Positions 1 through 9,538 of a stretch of 32,000 bases of DNA are shown here, piece by piece (the stretch's first letter is position 1; each line of letters opens with the position of its first letter). The translations under genes were made by a program, and so were the position numbers. This DNA is from Idiomarina loihiensis L2TR (GTDB lineage: Bacteria; Pseudomonadota; Gammaproteobacteria; Enterobacterales; Alteromonadaceae): contig NC_006512.1 of the NCBI RefSeq assembly GCF_000008465.1, forward strand, positions 150,001 through 182,000. The letters run 5' to 3'. A model generated the notes under the pieces. It made no database searches and had not been told where the DNA came from. It saw only the letters and a program-made list of their open reading frames with translations.

Positions 1-897
1 GTATTGGGGACTAGTACGTCCGGTATTGCCTCTGGTGAATCGGCGTTAGCATACGACGAGTCTGAAGGCGGTTTACCCGATACATTTTACTATGCCATGC
101 AGGAAATGCTTGCTCCGGCAGAGTGTATAGCGGCGCTAACAGGTATTACCGGTCCGGTTTACAGTATTTCAACGGCTTGTTCGTCCAGTGCCCGAGTTTT
201 TATGAGTGCTCGCTCTTTATTGCGTTTAGGCGTCGTCGACGCGGTGGTTGTCGGCGGTGTTGATTCTCTTTGTCGGCTAACATTAAACGGTTTTAAAGCG
301 CTGGAATCGACCTCGGAAGGGCGCTGCAATCCGTTCAGTGCGAATCGCGACGGCATTACCATTGGGGAAGCTGCTGGGCTTTTTATTGCTACCCGCGAAG
401 AGGACAACCTACAGCCGTCGGAAGTGACTTTAACCGGTGCCTGTGCAACTTCAGACGCTCATCATATGTCGGCTCCTCATCCACAGGGACGAGGGGCGTT
501 GGCGGCAATCCAGGGGGCGCTGACCGATGCTGGTATTACTGCACAGCAACTCGGTTACATTAATTTGCATGGCACTGCTACGCCGTTAAACGATTTGATG
601 GAAGCTTATGCGGTCAATGCATTGGGTGCTGGAAACGTGCCCGCGAGTTCAACAAAAGCGCTGACCGGTCATACCCTGGGAGCGGCAGGGGCAATTGAAG
701 CGGTGTTCTGCTGGCTGGCGTTGGCGAAACAGGACGGCTTACCAAAGCACGCATGGGATGGCGTTAAAGATTCTGATTTGGCAGATATCCATTTGTATCA
801 AGGTGGGTCACTGCAATATCCAATAGAGCATTGTCTGAGTAATTCTTTTGCGTTTGGCGGCAACAATGTCTCTCTCGTTTTTAGTAGAGGAAAATAA
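1..897 (+). CDS. beta-ketoacyl-ACP synthase (KS), 5'-truncated at the window edge; ApeO-like position in a type II FAS/PKS cluster
   Basis: The frame is open from nt 1; the track start at 4 is only an in-frame TTG. Active-site Cys context ISTACSSSA. His motifs INLHGTATPLND and KALTGHTLGAAG. C-terminal NSFAFGGNNVSLVF. Tightly packed with downstream DH/KR/KS genes. Confidence 0.85.
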   Translation, partial: VLGTSTSGIASGESALAYDESEGGLPDTFYYAMQEMLAPAECIAALTGITGPVYSISTACSSSARVFMSARSLLRLGVVDAVVVGGVDSLCRLTLNGFKALESTSEGRCNPFSANRDGITIGEAAGLFIATREEDNLQPSEVTLTGACATSDAHHMSAPHPQGRGALAAIQGALTDAGITAQQLGYINLHGTATPLNDLMEAYAVNALGAGNVPASSTKALTGHTLGAAGAIEAVFCWLALAKQDGLPKHAWDGVKDSDLADIHLYQGGSLQYPIEHCLSNSFAFGGNNVSLVFSRGK

Positions 898-898
898 T

Positions 899-1354
899 AT
901 GGGGCATGATTTGGCTGAGCTTATCAAGCACGAACCGCCGATGCGGTTGATTGATAAGCTGTGCTCGGCTGAACAGGGGAAAGGGCAGTGTTGTCTTACT
1001 GTGACCAGTGACAACCTGTTTTACAGTGAGCAGCATAAGGGCCTGCCGGTGCATGTCGGAATTGAGCTAATGGCGCAGACTATCGCTGCTGTTGCCGGTT
1101 ATCAAAGCAAAACCGACGGTGGGGAGATAAAGCTGGGCTTCTTGCTGGGCAGCCGGAAATATCAATGTGATATTGACAGTTTTAAGCTGGGAGAAAGATA
1201 CGATATTTTTGTTGAAGAACTGCATGTTGAGTCTTCGGGTCTGAGTGTTTTTGAATGCGATATTCGCCACAACGACAAGGTCGTTGCGCAGGCTCGGCTA
1301 AATGTGTATCAACCGCCCGACGAAACAGCATTTATAGAGGAAAATTATGGTTGA
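899..1354 (+). CDS. hotdog-fold 3-hydroxyacyl-ACP dehydratase (ApeP/FabZ-like)
   Basis: I chose ATG at 899, which has SD-like GAGGAAAATAAT upstream and lies 1 nt after the KS stop (895-897), over the track TTG at 848. Conserved N-terminal LIKHEPPMRLIDKL is typical of dehydratases in these clusters. Sits between KS and KR genes. Confidence 0.7.
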   Translation: MGHDLAELIKHEPPMRLIDKLCSAEQGKGQCCLTVTSDNLFYSEQHKGLPVHVGIELMAQTIAAVAGYQSKTDGGEIKLGFLLGSRKYQCDIDSFKLGERYDIFVEELHVESSGLSVFECDIRHNDKVVAQARLNVYQPPDETAFIEENYG

Positions 1355-2087
1355 AGGTATGGCTGAACGAGTTCTTGTCACGGGTTCCGGTAAGGGAATA
1401 GGACGTGCAATTGCCTTGCAGCTGGCAAAAGATGGTTTTGATTTGGCCATCCATTGTCGCTCAGACAAAGCTTCAGCAGAGCAAGTTGTGGATGAAGTGA
1501 AATCACTGGGTCGACAAGCGTCTTTGCTGGTTTTTGATGTCAGTGACCGCGAGGCTGCACGCAACGCAATTGAGCAGGATATTGCTGATAATGGCGCTTA
1601 TTATGGTGCGGTTTGTAATGCAGGCATTACCCGTGACGGTGCCTTTCCATCGTTAACCGAAGATGACTGGGACAGCGTTTTGCAAACGAATCTGGGTGGC
1701 TTCTATAACGTGCTGCATCCGTTAATTATGCCGATGATTCAGCAACGCCGGGGTGGCCGTGTGGTGACTATTGCTTCAGTTTCCGGTATCGCCGGTAATC
1801 GCGGGCAGGTGAATTACAGTGCGTCTAAAGGCGGTGTGATTGCTGCTACTAAAGCTTTATCTCTGGAGTTGGCTAAGCGCAAAATTACTGTCAATTGCGT
1901 AGCGCCGGGGCTCATTGAAACGGACATGACTGAAGAGCTGGAACACGGTAAGGAAATTTTGTCGATGATACCCATGCGCCGTGCAGGTAAGCCGGAAGAA
2001 GTGGCTGGTTTGGTCGGTTACTTGTTTCAGCCTTCGGCCGCATACATTACGCGCCAGGTTTTCTCGGTTAATGGTGGGTTAGTTTAA
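1347..2087 (+). CDS. 3-oxoacyl-ACP reductase, SDR family (FabG/ApeQ-like)
   Basis: TGSGKGIGRAIA nucleotide-binding motif, NAG, and catalytic YSASKGG (YxxxK). The start overlaps the upstream stop (ATGGTTGA). Confidence 0.9.
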   Translation: MVEGMAERVLVTGSGKGIGRAIALQLAKDGFDLAIHCRSDKASAEQVVDEVKSLGRQASLLVFDVSDREAARNAIEQDIADNGAYYGAVCNAGITRDGAFPSLTEDDWDSVLQTNLGGFYNVLHPLIMPMIQQRRGGRVVTIASVSGIAGNRGQVNYSASKGGVIAATKALSLELAKRKITVNCVAPGLIETDMTEELEHGKEILSMIPMRRAGKPEEVAGLVGYLFQPSAAYITRQVFSVNGGLV

Positions 2088-3325
2088 TGAAACGTGTGGT
2101 CGTAACCGGTATGGGCTGTCTGACGGCTTTTGGTGACAACTGGCAGAGCTTCCGCAGTCAGTTGGAAAGTGGCAAGAACGCCGTGGTTAGTATGCCAGAG
2201 TGGGAGCGCTTTGATGGCCTGAACACACGCCTGGCGGCACCCATTCGACCGGCGTTTAAAAAGCCTTCGCACTACTCCCGCAAAGCGGTACGCTCAATGA
2301 GCACGGTAAGCTTAATGGCAACACGAGCAACCGAGTTAGCATTAACCGATGCGGGGCTGCTAGAGCACCCTTGTATTAGCGACGGGAGCTGTGGCGTTGC
2401 TTATGGCTCTTCGACCGGCGATACCGAGCAAATGAAAATTTTCGGCAATATGCTGGAAAGCGGTGATATGACCGGCCTGAACGCCACCACTTACATAAAG
2501 AGTATGGGTCATACAACCGCTGTGAATTTGGGCGTCTTTTATAATGTGAAAGGACGGGTTCATACCACCAGCTCGGCCTGTACATCCGCATCTCAAGGGC
2601 TGGGGTATGCGTACGAAGCTATTCGTTATGGTCATCAGAAAGTGATGATTGCTGGTGGTGCAGAGGCGTTGTGTCCGTCCGAAGCGGTAGTATTTGATAC
2701 CTTATTTGCCACCAGTACTCGTAATGACGAGCCACAGCTGACGCCAAGGCCCTTTGATAAAAATCGCGACGGACTGGTTATTGGCGAAGGGGCTGGCACC
2801 TTTATTCTGGAAGAGTTGGATCATGCTCTGGAACGTGGCGCGCACATTTATGCTGAACTGGTCGGTTTTGGTACGAACTCTGATGGCGCCCATGTGACTC
2901 AACCTACGGCCGATACCATGGCCATTGCTATGAAGCTTGCGTTGCAGCAGGCGCAACTTGAACCGGAGCAAGTAGGCTATGTGAACGCGCATGGCACAGC
3001 CACAGACCGGGGCGATGTTGCGGAGTCTCTGGCCACAGCAAGCGTATTTAAACGCTCGGTACCCATCAGTTCATTAAAGAGCTACCTGGGGCATACGCTG
3101 GGCGGCTGCGGTACAATTGAAGCCTGGGCCAGCATTAATATGATGCGGGAAAGCTGGTTTGCGCCCACACTTAACCTAACCGATATTGACCCGGAGTGTG
3201 GTGATTTGGATTATATAACCGAACAGGCACGTGAGCTTGATACGGACTATGTCATGACAAATAATTTTGCTTTTGGTGGCATTAATACTTCATTGATTTT
3301 TAAACGATGGAATAACTCTAATTAA
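2087..3325 (+). CDS. beta-ketoacyl-ACP synthase II-like (FabF/ApeR-like)
   Basis: Cys-His-His triad contexts TSSACTSASQG, VNAHGTATDRGD and KSYLGHTLGGCG. TAATG overlap with the KR gene. Confidence 0.9.
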   Translation: MKRVVVTGMGCLTAFGDNWQSFRSQLESGKNAVVSMPEWERFDGLNTRLAAPIRPAFKKPSHYSRKAVRSMSTVSLMATRATELALTDAGLLEHPCISDGSCGVAYGSSTGDTEQMKIFGNMLESGDMTGLNATTYIKSMGHTTAVNLGVFYNVKGRVHTTSSACTSASQGLGYAYEAIRYGHQKVMIAGGAEALCPSEAVVFDTLFATSTRNDEPQLTPRPFDKNRDGLVIGEGAGTFILEELDHALERGAHIYAELVGFGTNSDGAHVTQPTADTMAIAMKLALQQAQLEPEQVGYVNAHGTATDRGDVAESLATASVFKRSVPISSLKSYLGHTLGGCGTIEAWASINMMRESWFAPTLNLTDIDPECGDLDYITEQARELDTDYVMTNNFAFGGINTSLIFKRWNNSN

Positions 3326-3341
3326 TATAAGGAAATAGAAA

Positions 3342-3779
3342 ATGAAAAAACTCTTTGTTGCTACTGTGGTTTTATTGAGTTCGTTATTGTCGCTGCAAGC
3401 CGAAGCGCGTGATGACCTGGTAACTCTGGAGCTCAAGCCTGTTATGGAAAGTAATAAGGCGAAAGAGGCTCTGCTTGATGTTCCGGTTTATTTTGCTGGT
3501 CAATCGCATCCTGAAGTTGCGCAGTCGAAGGGCGTTATTACCACCAGCCGTAAAACTAATGCAGTGAATAAGTCCGACCGCGAAGCTTGTGAATGGGTAT
3601 TGCTCTCGGCACTTAAAGTGCTGCAAGACAATGCGCGCGAGAACGGTTACGATGCAGTAATTAACATTAAATCAAATTATGATCATAATGAGTTCAGCAG
3701 TGCCGAGGAATTTCAGTGTGGTGCTGGCTTTTTAATGGCAGGTGTTGCCTTGAAGGGTGAAGTGGTTAAATTCAAATAA
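3342..3779 (+). CDS. small secreted protein of unknown function (Sec signal, two Cys)
   Basis: Signal peptide [22 protein letters not shown]. No catalytic motif recognised. Lies 16 nt after the KS gene, so it is probably co-transcribed. Confidence 0.6.
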   Translation: MKKLFVATVVLLSSLLSLQAEARDDLVTLELKPVMESNKAKEALLDVPVYFAGQSHPEVAQSKGVITTSRKTNAVNKSDREACEWVLLSALKVLQDNARENGYDAVINIKSNYDHNEFSSAEEFQCGAGFLMAGVALKGEVVKFK

Positions 3780-3790
3780 GGATAATAACA

Positions 3791-5929
3791 ATGAAATATC
3801 TACTGGGAGCAGTTGCAGTCAGTTTGCTGACAGCCTGTTCACAAAATGCTGAAACAGAACAAGAGGCGAATACGCAATCTATGTCGTATCCGGAAACGCG
3901 TAAAGGCGATGTGGTTGATACCTACTTTGGTACCGAAGTAGCGGATCCATATCGCTGGTTAGAAGATGACCGTAGCGAAGAGACCGAAAACTGGGTGAAA
4001 GCTCAGAATGAAGTGACGTTCGCACACTTAGAGTCTATTCCATATCGCGAGACGATAGAAAAGCGTCTGACGGAGTTGTGGAACTACGAGAAAATCAGCG
4101 CGCCGTTTAAAGAAGGTGATTACACTTATTTCTACAAAAACGACGGCTTGCAAAACCAGTATGTGGTGTACCGCCAGAAAGGTGACGAAGATCCGGAAGT
4201 ATTCCTGGATCCGAACACCTTTAGTGAAGACGGAACAACCTCGCTGGCGCAGTTAACCTTTTCTGACGACGGTTCGTTAGCGGCATATTCAATTTCTGAG
4301 GGCGGCAGTGACTGGCGTAAAATTCGGGTTATTGACGCCGAAACCAAAGAACAGCTGGAAGAGCCGTTAGTGGATGTGAAGTTCAGCGGTATTTCCTGGG
4401 TAGGCAATGAAGGTTTCTACTACTCCAGTTATGATAAGCCAGAAGGCAGTGAGCTTTCTGCAAAGACCGACCAGCACAAGCTGTATTACCACGAGCTGGG
4501 TACAGACCAGTCTGATGACAAACTGGTGTTTGGTGGAACGGGTGCTGAGAAGCACCGTTACGTTGGCGGCTACGTTACCGATGACGACCGTTACCTGATG
4601 ATTTCGGCGGCAAACTCCACCTCTGGCAATAAGCTCTTTATTAAAGATCTTACAGAAGAAGACAGTAAGCTGGTCACCGTTCTGGATCATACCGATTCGG
4701 ATACTCGTGTATTAGATAACGACGGCTCAAAGCTCTATCTAGTGACGAACTTAGATGCGCCAAACCAGCGTGTTGCGACCGTTGATGCCAGTAATCCAAC
4801 GCCTGAAAACTGGGAAGACTTTATTCCAGAAACAGAAAATGTGTTGAGCGTATCAACCGGTGCGGGTTATATCTTTGCCGAGTACATGGTCGATGCCGTA
4901 GCTAAGGTGAAACAATACGCTTATAACGGCGATATGGTTCGTGAAGTGCAGTTGCCGGGCGTAGGCAGCATAGGTGGCTTCTCAGGTAAAAAAGAAGCGG
5001 ACGAATTGTACTATACCTTTACTAATTACAGCACACCGTCAACGATTTATAAGTTCGACCCGGATCAGGGCGGTTCTGAAGTTTACGCCGAGTCTGGCGC
5101 TGATTTTGATTCTGCCAACTACGAATCAAAGCAGGTGTTTTATACCTCGAAAGACGGTACTGAAGTGCCTATGATCATTACCTACAAAAAGGGCACCAAG
5201 CTGGATGGCTCAAACCCGACAATTTTGTACGGTTATGGTGGCTTTAATATCAGTCTGACACCGTCGTTTAGCATTGCTAATGCAGCCTGGTTGGAAATGG
5301 GCGGGGTTTACGCCGTTGCTAACTTGCGCGGTGGCGGTGAGTACGGCAAAGACTGGCATAAAGCTGGTACCAAAATGCAGAAGCAGAATGTGTTTGACGA
5401 TTTTATCGCGGCGGCCGAGTATTTAATTGAGAAAGACTATACCTCACCGGAACGTTTAGCCATTCGCGGTGGCTCTAATGGTGGCTTGCTAGTCGGTGCG
5501 GTAATGACACAGCGGCCAGAGCTATTTGCAGTCGCTTTACCTGCTGTCGGTGTTCTGGATATGCTTCGTTATCACACCTTCACCGCTGGCGCAGGTTGGG
5601 CATACGATTATGGTACAGCCAATGACAGTAAAGAAATGTTCGAGTACTTGTTAGGGTATTCGCCTGTTCACAACGTGGAAGAAGGCGTGGCTTATCCGGC
5701 GACGTTGATTACTACCGGTGACCATGATGACCGTGTCGTTCCTGCGCACTCATTTAAGTTTGCGGCGGAGCTTCAGGACAAAGCGGGCGGTGAAAATCCT
5801 CAGCTTATCCGTATTGAAACCAATGCCGGTCACGGTGCTGGCACACCGGTTTCAAAAACCATTGAGCAGTACTCCGATATTTTCGGTTTTACTTTGTATC
5901 ACATGGGGTTTGAAGAGCTTCCTGAGTAA
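3791..5929 (+). CDS. prolyl oligopeptidase (S9A prolyl endopeptidase), lipoprotein
   Basis: Lipobox LLTAC at the N-terminus. [15 protein letters not shown]...DPYRWLED N-terminal signature. Nucleophile motif GGSNGGLL, then DHDDRV (Asp) and NAGHG (His). Confidence 0.92.
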   Translation: MKYLLGAVAVSLLTACSQNAETEQEANTQSMSYPETRKGDVVDTYFGTEVADPYRWLEDDRSEETENWVKAQNEVTFAHLESIPYRETIEKRLTELWNYEKISAPFKEGDYTYFYKNDGLQNQYVVYRQKGDEDPEVFLDPNTFSEDGTTSLAQLTFSDDGSLAAYSISEGGSDWRKIRVIDAETKEQLEEPLVDVKFSGISWVGNEGFYYSSYDKPEGSELSAKTDQHKLYYHELGTDQSDDKLVFGGTGAEKHRYVGGYVTDDDRYLMISAANSTSGNKLFIKDLTEEDSKLVTVLDHTDSDTRVLDNDGSKLYLVTNLDAPNQRVATVDASNPTPENWEDFIPETENVLSVSTGAGYIFAEYMVDAVAKVKQYAYNGDMVREVQLPGVGSIGGFSGKKEADELYYTFTNYSTPSTIYKFDPDQGGSEVYAESGADFDSANYESKQVFYTSKDGTEVPMIITYKKGTKLDGSNPTILYGYGGFNISLTPSFSIANAAWLEMGGVYAVANLRGGGEYGKDWHKAGTKMQKQNVFDDFIAAAEYLIEKDYTSPERLAIRGGSNGGLLVGAVMTQRPELFAVALPAVGVLDMLRYHTFTAGAGWAYDYGTANDSKEMFEYLLGYSPVHNVEEGVAYPATLITTGDHDDRVVPAHSFKFAAELQDKAGGENPQLIRIETNAGHGAGTPVSKTIEQYSDIFGFTLYHMGFEELPE

Positions 5930-5941
5930 CGACTGAACAGT

Positions 5942-5971
5942 AAAGGCTTCGCTACAGACGGCGAAGCCTTT
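5942..5971 (+). terminator. possible intrinsic terminator after the prolyl oligopeptidase gene
   Basis: 11-bp perfect inverted repeat AAAGGCTTCGC / GCGAAGCCTTT with an 8-nt loop, 13 nt after the stop. Only a short T stretch follows. Confidence 0.45.
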
Positions 5972-6050
5972 GCATATCATCCTTTCGATATTTTTCTCAT
6001 TTCCCGTTAATCTCTTTTCACTCCCACTCTCGTATTATAAGGATTCAATA

Positions 6051-6965
6051 ATGAACAATGATTTTAATATTATGTGGGTAGTTGCCGCTGTAGTTGTTTT
6101 ACTTTTACTGATAGCGTCGGTGCGCATTGTGCCGCAGCAAAGCGTGTATTTGGTTGAGTTGTTCGGGCGTTATCGCCGCATGCTGACGCCGGGGCTTAAC
6201 TTTATTATCCCGCTTATTGAGCAGGTCGCTCATAAACAGTCGATGAGAACGCGGCAGCTGGATGTCGATGTTGAGACCAAAACAAACGATAATGTTTTTG
6301 TCATTGTCCGGGTGTCAGTGCAGTATCGCGTGAGCAATGAAACCGCAGTTTATAATGCATTTTATCAGTTGGAAAACCCCGAGTGGCAAATGCAGTCCTA
6401 TGTGTTTGATACGGTGCGCGCACAAATTCCTAAGCAGAACCTGGACGCGGTGTTCGACAATAAAGACTCTATTTCTAAAGATGTAAAAGAGCAGTTGCGC
6501 GATACCATGGAAGAATATGGTTTTGAGATTATTGCGTCGCTGGTGACAGACATTGATCCGGACCAGTCCGTTAAAGATTCAATGAACCAAATTAACGCCG
6601 CAGAAAGAGAGCGCCGTGCGGCAGAACATAAGGCAGAAGCTGAAAAAATCATGCTGGTGAAGCAGGCTGAAGCCGACAAAGAATCGAAAATTTTGCAAGG
6701 ACAGGGCATTGCAGGCCAGCGCTTAGCAATAGCAGAAGGTTTGCGGGACTCTATTGCCATGGTTACCGATCAGGCTAATGACATAACGTCTAAAGATGTC
6801 ATCGATTTGCTGAAATTTACGAATTATGTCGACGTATTGGGTTCTTTCGATACCGCCGCCAGTAAAGTGATTATGCTGCCACAACCAACGGGTCAGCTTG
6901 ACTCCTTATCATCGGATATTTTAAGCGCAATGGAAGCGGCTAAAGACAGTAAAAAAGATGGCTGA
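6051..6965 (+). CDS. SPFH/Band-7 membrane protein, HIR-like (stomatin/prohibitin superfamily)
   Basis: ATG at 6051 is preceded by AAGGA. N-terminal TM helix IMWVVAAVVVLLLLIA. Core motif LDVDVETKTNDNVFVIVRVSVQYRV closely resembles plant HIR and bacterial SPFH proteins. Ala/Glu-rich coiled-coil region. Confidence 0.85.
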   Translation: MNNDFNIMWVVAAVVVLLLLIASVRIVPQQSVYLVELFGRYRRMLTPGLNFIIPLIEQVAHKQSMRTRQLDVDVETKTNDNVFVIVRVSVQYRVSNETAVYNAFYQLENPEWQMQSYVFDTVRAQIPKQNLDAVFDNKDSISKDVKEQLRDTMEEYGFEIIASLVTDIDPDQSVKDSMNQINAAERERRAAEHKAEAEKIMLVKQAEADKESKILQGQGIAGQRLAIAEGLRDSIAMVTDQANDITSKDVIDLLKFTNYVDVLGSFDTAASKVIMLPQPTGQLDSLSSDILSAMEAAKDSKKDG

Positions 6966-8160
6966 AACCTTTCCGCTGTTGGCGGCTCAACCCATCTACG
7001 ATAATAAAAATCGGTTTTATGCGGTTGAGCTGCTTTACCGCAGTGCTTTGAATTTAACAGCGGAAACAGTTGGAGACACAGCGGCAACCAGCGAAGTGGT
7101 GTTTAACCTTTGCGCCGGAATAACTAGTCAAACCGAGCACTATGACGCAACCGCGTTTATCAATGTTTCCAGCGAATTTTTAGTGTCACAAAGCTTTTTA
7201 CCTCTCGAACCGGATAAAGTGGTTATTGAGTTGGTGGAACGAATTAAGCCGACCAGGGCAGTAGTCAATGCGGTTGCGCGTTGGTATGAGAAAGGTTTTC
7301 GTTTTGCACTGGATGACTTCGAGTTTGACCCCGCTTGGGAGCCGCTGCTGCAGTATGCGTCGTATATAAAAGTGGATGTATCGACCCTAACTTTGGCGCA
7401 AGCCCGGGTATTTAAGCAAAAGCTGAGTGGTTTCAAAGGGAAGTGGCTGGCGGAGCGAGTCGAAGACGAAGCCACTAAGCAGGCTTATGAAGAGTTAGGC
7501 TTTGAGTTGTTCCAGGGATATTACTTTGCGAAACCGGCGATTGTTTACGGAACCAGGCTGGAACCCTCATCATTGCAACTGGCAAAAGTATTGTCGCTTT
7601 GTTTTGAGGAAGAGCCTGACTTGACCGAGCTTTCCCGGGTCATTTCTGAAGACCCTCAGTTGTCAGTTTGTTTACTGAAAATTGTAAATAGTCCCCTATA
7701 CCCGACAGCCAGTCCGATAACCCGGGTGAAAGACGTTATTATGCGTTTGGGTATTGAGAAGCTACGGCGCTGGATAGCCTTAATTGGCGCAGTAACAGCT
7801 AGTAGCCCTGAAGCTTCGCGAATGGTCCTGGTGAGAGCACAAATGTGTTATGAACTGGCTAAATGGAAAAGCTCGCCGGGTTTAGATGCCGATCAGTGCT
7901 ATTTCGTGGGTTTACTCTCGGGTGTTGATATTATGCTGGGCGTGGATAAAGCCAGCTTTTTCGAAAAACTGCCGTTATCTGAACAAACTAGAAAAGCGGT
8001 TGAGGATTGTGACGGACCTATGGGGCAATGCTTACGCATTGCACTTAAACTGGAACGTTTAGTTCGAATGAAAGAAGGGCTGGATAAAGTCGACTCGCGT
8101 CTGTTAACGACTTATCAGAGCGTGTCGACTAAAGTACAGGAACTGTTTAATACCATTTAA
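6958..8160 (+). CDS. c-di-GMP phosphodiesterase-type protein with EAL and HDOD domains (YuxH/PdeH-like, COG3434 architecture)
   Basis: EAL-domain motifs are present: ELL (YAVELLYRS), FINVS, VIELVE, LDDFEF, IKVD, AERVEDE and FQGYYFAKP. C-terminal HDOD signature VISEDPQLSVCLLKIVNSPLY. The start overlaps the SPFH stop by 8 nt (ATGGCTGA). Confidence 0.85.
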   Translation: MAETFPLLAAQPIYDNKNRFYAVELLYRSALNLTAETVGDTAATSEVVFNLCAGITSQTEHYDATAFINVSSEFLVSQSFLPLEPDKVVIELVERIKPTRAVVNAVARWYEKGFRFALDDFEFDPAWEPLLQYASYIKVDVSTLTLAQARVFKQKLSGFKGKWLAERVEDEATKQAYEELGFELFQGYYFAKPAIVYGTRLEPSSLQLAKVLSLCFEEEPDLTELSRVISEDPQLSVCLLKIVNSPLYPTASPITRVKDVIMRLGIEKLRRWIALIGAVTASSPEASRMVLVRAQMCYELAKWKSSPGLDADQCYFVGLLSGVDIMLGVDKASFFEKLPLSEQTRKAVEDCDGPMGQCLRIALKLERLVRMKEGLDKVDSRLLTTYQSVSTKVQELFNTI

Positions 8161-8582
8161 GCCTGGCTGTTGTGTTTTGCCAGTTGCTGAATTCTTCCAA
8201 CAATAGCACGTAAGCCGTTTCCGCGAGTCGGTGTAATGTGGTTTTCTAAGTCCAGCTGAGCAAAGTAGTTGTCGATATCAAAAGCAAGAATTTGTTCCGG
8301 AGTTTTGTCGTGGTAAGCCGCCATCACTAAGGTCAGTAGCCCCTGAACAATGACAGCGTCGCTATCAACGTGCAACAACAGTTTGCCGTCCTTTTCTTCA
8401 CTAATAAGCCAGACATTACTTTGGCAGCCGCGCACCAGATACTCATCTTTATGCTGGCTTTCCGGTAGACCGGGCAATGCTTTACCTAAATCAATGATGT
8501 ACTGGTAACGTTGCTCCCAGTCATCTAAAAACTCTAAGTCATCAATGATTTCATCTGTACTGGGTAAATTCATGCTGACCAA
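8157..8582 (-). CDS. sufE: cysteine desulfuration (sulfur acceptor) protein SufE
   Basis: Conserved Cys context YLVRGCQSNVWL and C-terminal TPTRGNGLRAIV. Last gene of the suf operon. Confidence 0.9.
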   Translation of the reverse strand: MVSMNLPSTDEIIDDLEFLDDWEQRYQYIIDLGKALPGLPESQHKDEYLVRGCQSNVWLISEEKDGKLLLHVDSDAVIVQGLLTLVMAAYHDKTPEQILAFDIDNYFAQLDLENHITPTRGNGLRAIVGRIQQLAKHNSQA

Positions 8583-8617
8583 TAACCTTCACTTATAAGT
8601 TAAAAGAACGACTCATG

Positions 8618-9151
8618 TTAAAAGAAAACACCGGCTTCAAGCTGAGCTTCTTCGCTCATCATGTCGCGTGACCAGGGTGGGTCAAAAACGAGTTCAACAT
8701 TCACATTTTTAACGTGCGGTACCAGAGAAACCCGATACTCAACATCACCCACTAATACCGGACCCATACCACAGCCTGGTGCGGTTAAGGTCATATCAAT
8801 AGTAACGGTGCCGGAATCTTTATCAACCGCGACTTTGTAGATAAGCCCCAGCGAAACTAAGTTAATCGGAATTTCCGGGTCATAAATGGTCTCTAACGCT
8901 TCCCAGACCTGATCTTCTGAAACTTTTCCGTTTGCTGGTGGTTCAAAGTCGAGCTTTTCTGGCTTACGGCCAATCGCATCCGCATCCGTGCCGTCTATGC
9001 GCAGCATGTTACCCTGAAAGGTAACCGTATAGTTACCGCCTAAATCCTGAGTAATAGTAACAAACTCACCTTTAGGAATAACTTTAGGCTCACCCGTTGG
9101 CACGCGACGCGCTTTAACTTCACGGGTGGTGGACACCATTTTCTGCTGCAT
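8618..9151 (-). CDS. sufT: long-form SufT-like Fe-S assembly protein (DUF59 domain)
   Basis: DUF59 core VWEALETIYDPEIPINLVSLGLIY...MTLTAPGCGMG. About 177 aa. Embedded in the suf operon. Confidence 0.8.
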   Translation of the reverse strand: MQQKMVSTTREVKARRVPTGEPKVIPKGEFVTITQDLGGNYTVTFQGNMLRIDGTDADAIGRKPEKLDFEPPANGKVSEDQVWEALETIYDPEIPINLVSLGLIYKVAVDKDSGTVTIDMTLTAPGCGMGPVLVGDVEYRVSLVPHVKNVNVELVFDPPWSRDMMSEEAQLEAGVFF

Positions 9152-9165
9152 AATTTAAACTTCCG

Positions 9166-9522
9166 TTACTGCACGTTGAAGCTTTCGCCGCAACCGCACT
9201 CATTAACAACATTCGGGTTGTTGAATTTAACCACGCCGTTAATGCCTTCTTTTACGTAATCAATTTCGGTATTACGCACCAGTTCCAACGCATTAGAGGC
9301 AATAGCGACTTTGATGTTATCGTTAATATCGACCACTTCATCGCCGTCTTCCATCGCATCGACAGAATCAAGCACATAGGCATAACCCGTACAGCCACTT
9401 TGCTTAGTAGAAAGGCGAATTAGCTTGCCCGGTTCATCTTTTAAGCGTGACTCAAAGTAACGTACAGCGTTTTCTGTCATCGAAATTAACGAAGACGATG
9501 GTACAAATGTTTCTACAGACAT
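9166..9522 (-). CDS. sufA: A-type Fe-S cluster carrier (SufA/IscA family)
   Basis: HesB-family length, QSGCTGYAY, and C-terminal CGCGESF cluster ligands. Confidence 0.88.
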   Translation of the reverse strand: MSVETFVPSSSLISMTENAVRYFESRLKDEPGKLIRLSTKQSGCTGYAYVLDSVDAMEDGDEVVDINDNIKVAIASNALELVRNTEIDYVKEGINGVVKFNNPNVVNECGCGESFNVQ

Positions 9523-9538
9523 GAGTCTCCTCCTGCCA

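Noticed and set aside
848-898. 17-aa extension of the dehydratase ORF overlapping the KS gene
   Set aside because: It uses a non-ATG codon deep inside the KS coding region. ATG at 899 with a strong SD directly follows the KS stop.
5970-6050. N-terminal 27-aa extension of the SPFH ORF (track start at 5970)
   Set aside because: The extension begins inside or next to the upstream terminator hairpin and uses a non-ATG codon. ATG at 6051 has an AAGGA SD and gives the normal short N-tail plus TM helix.
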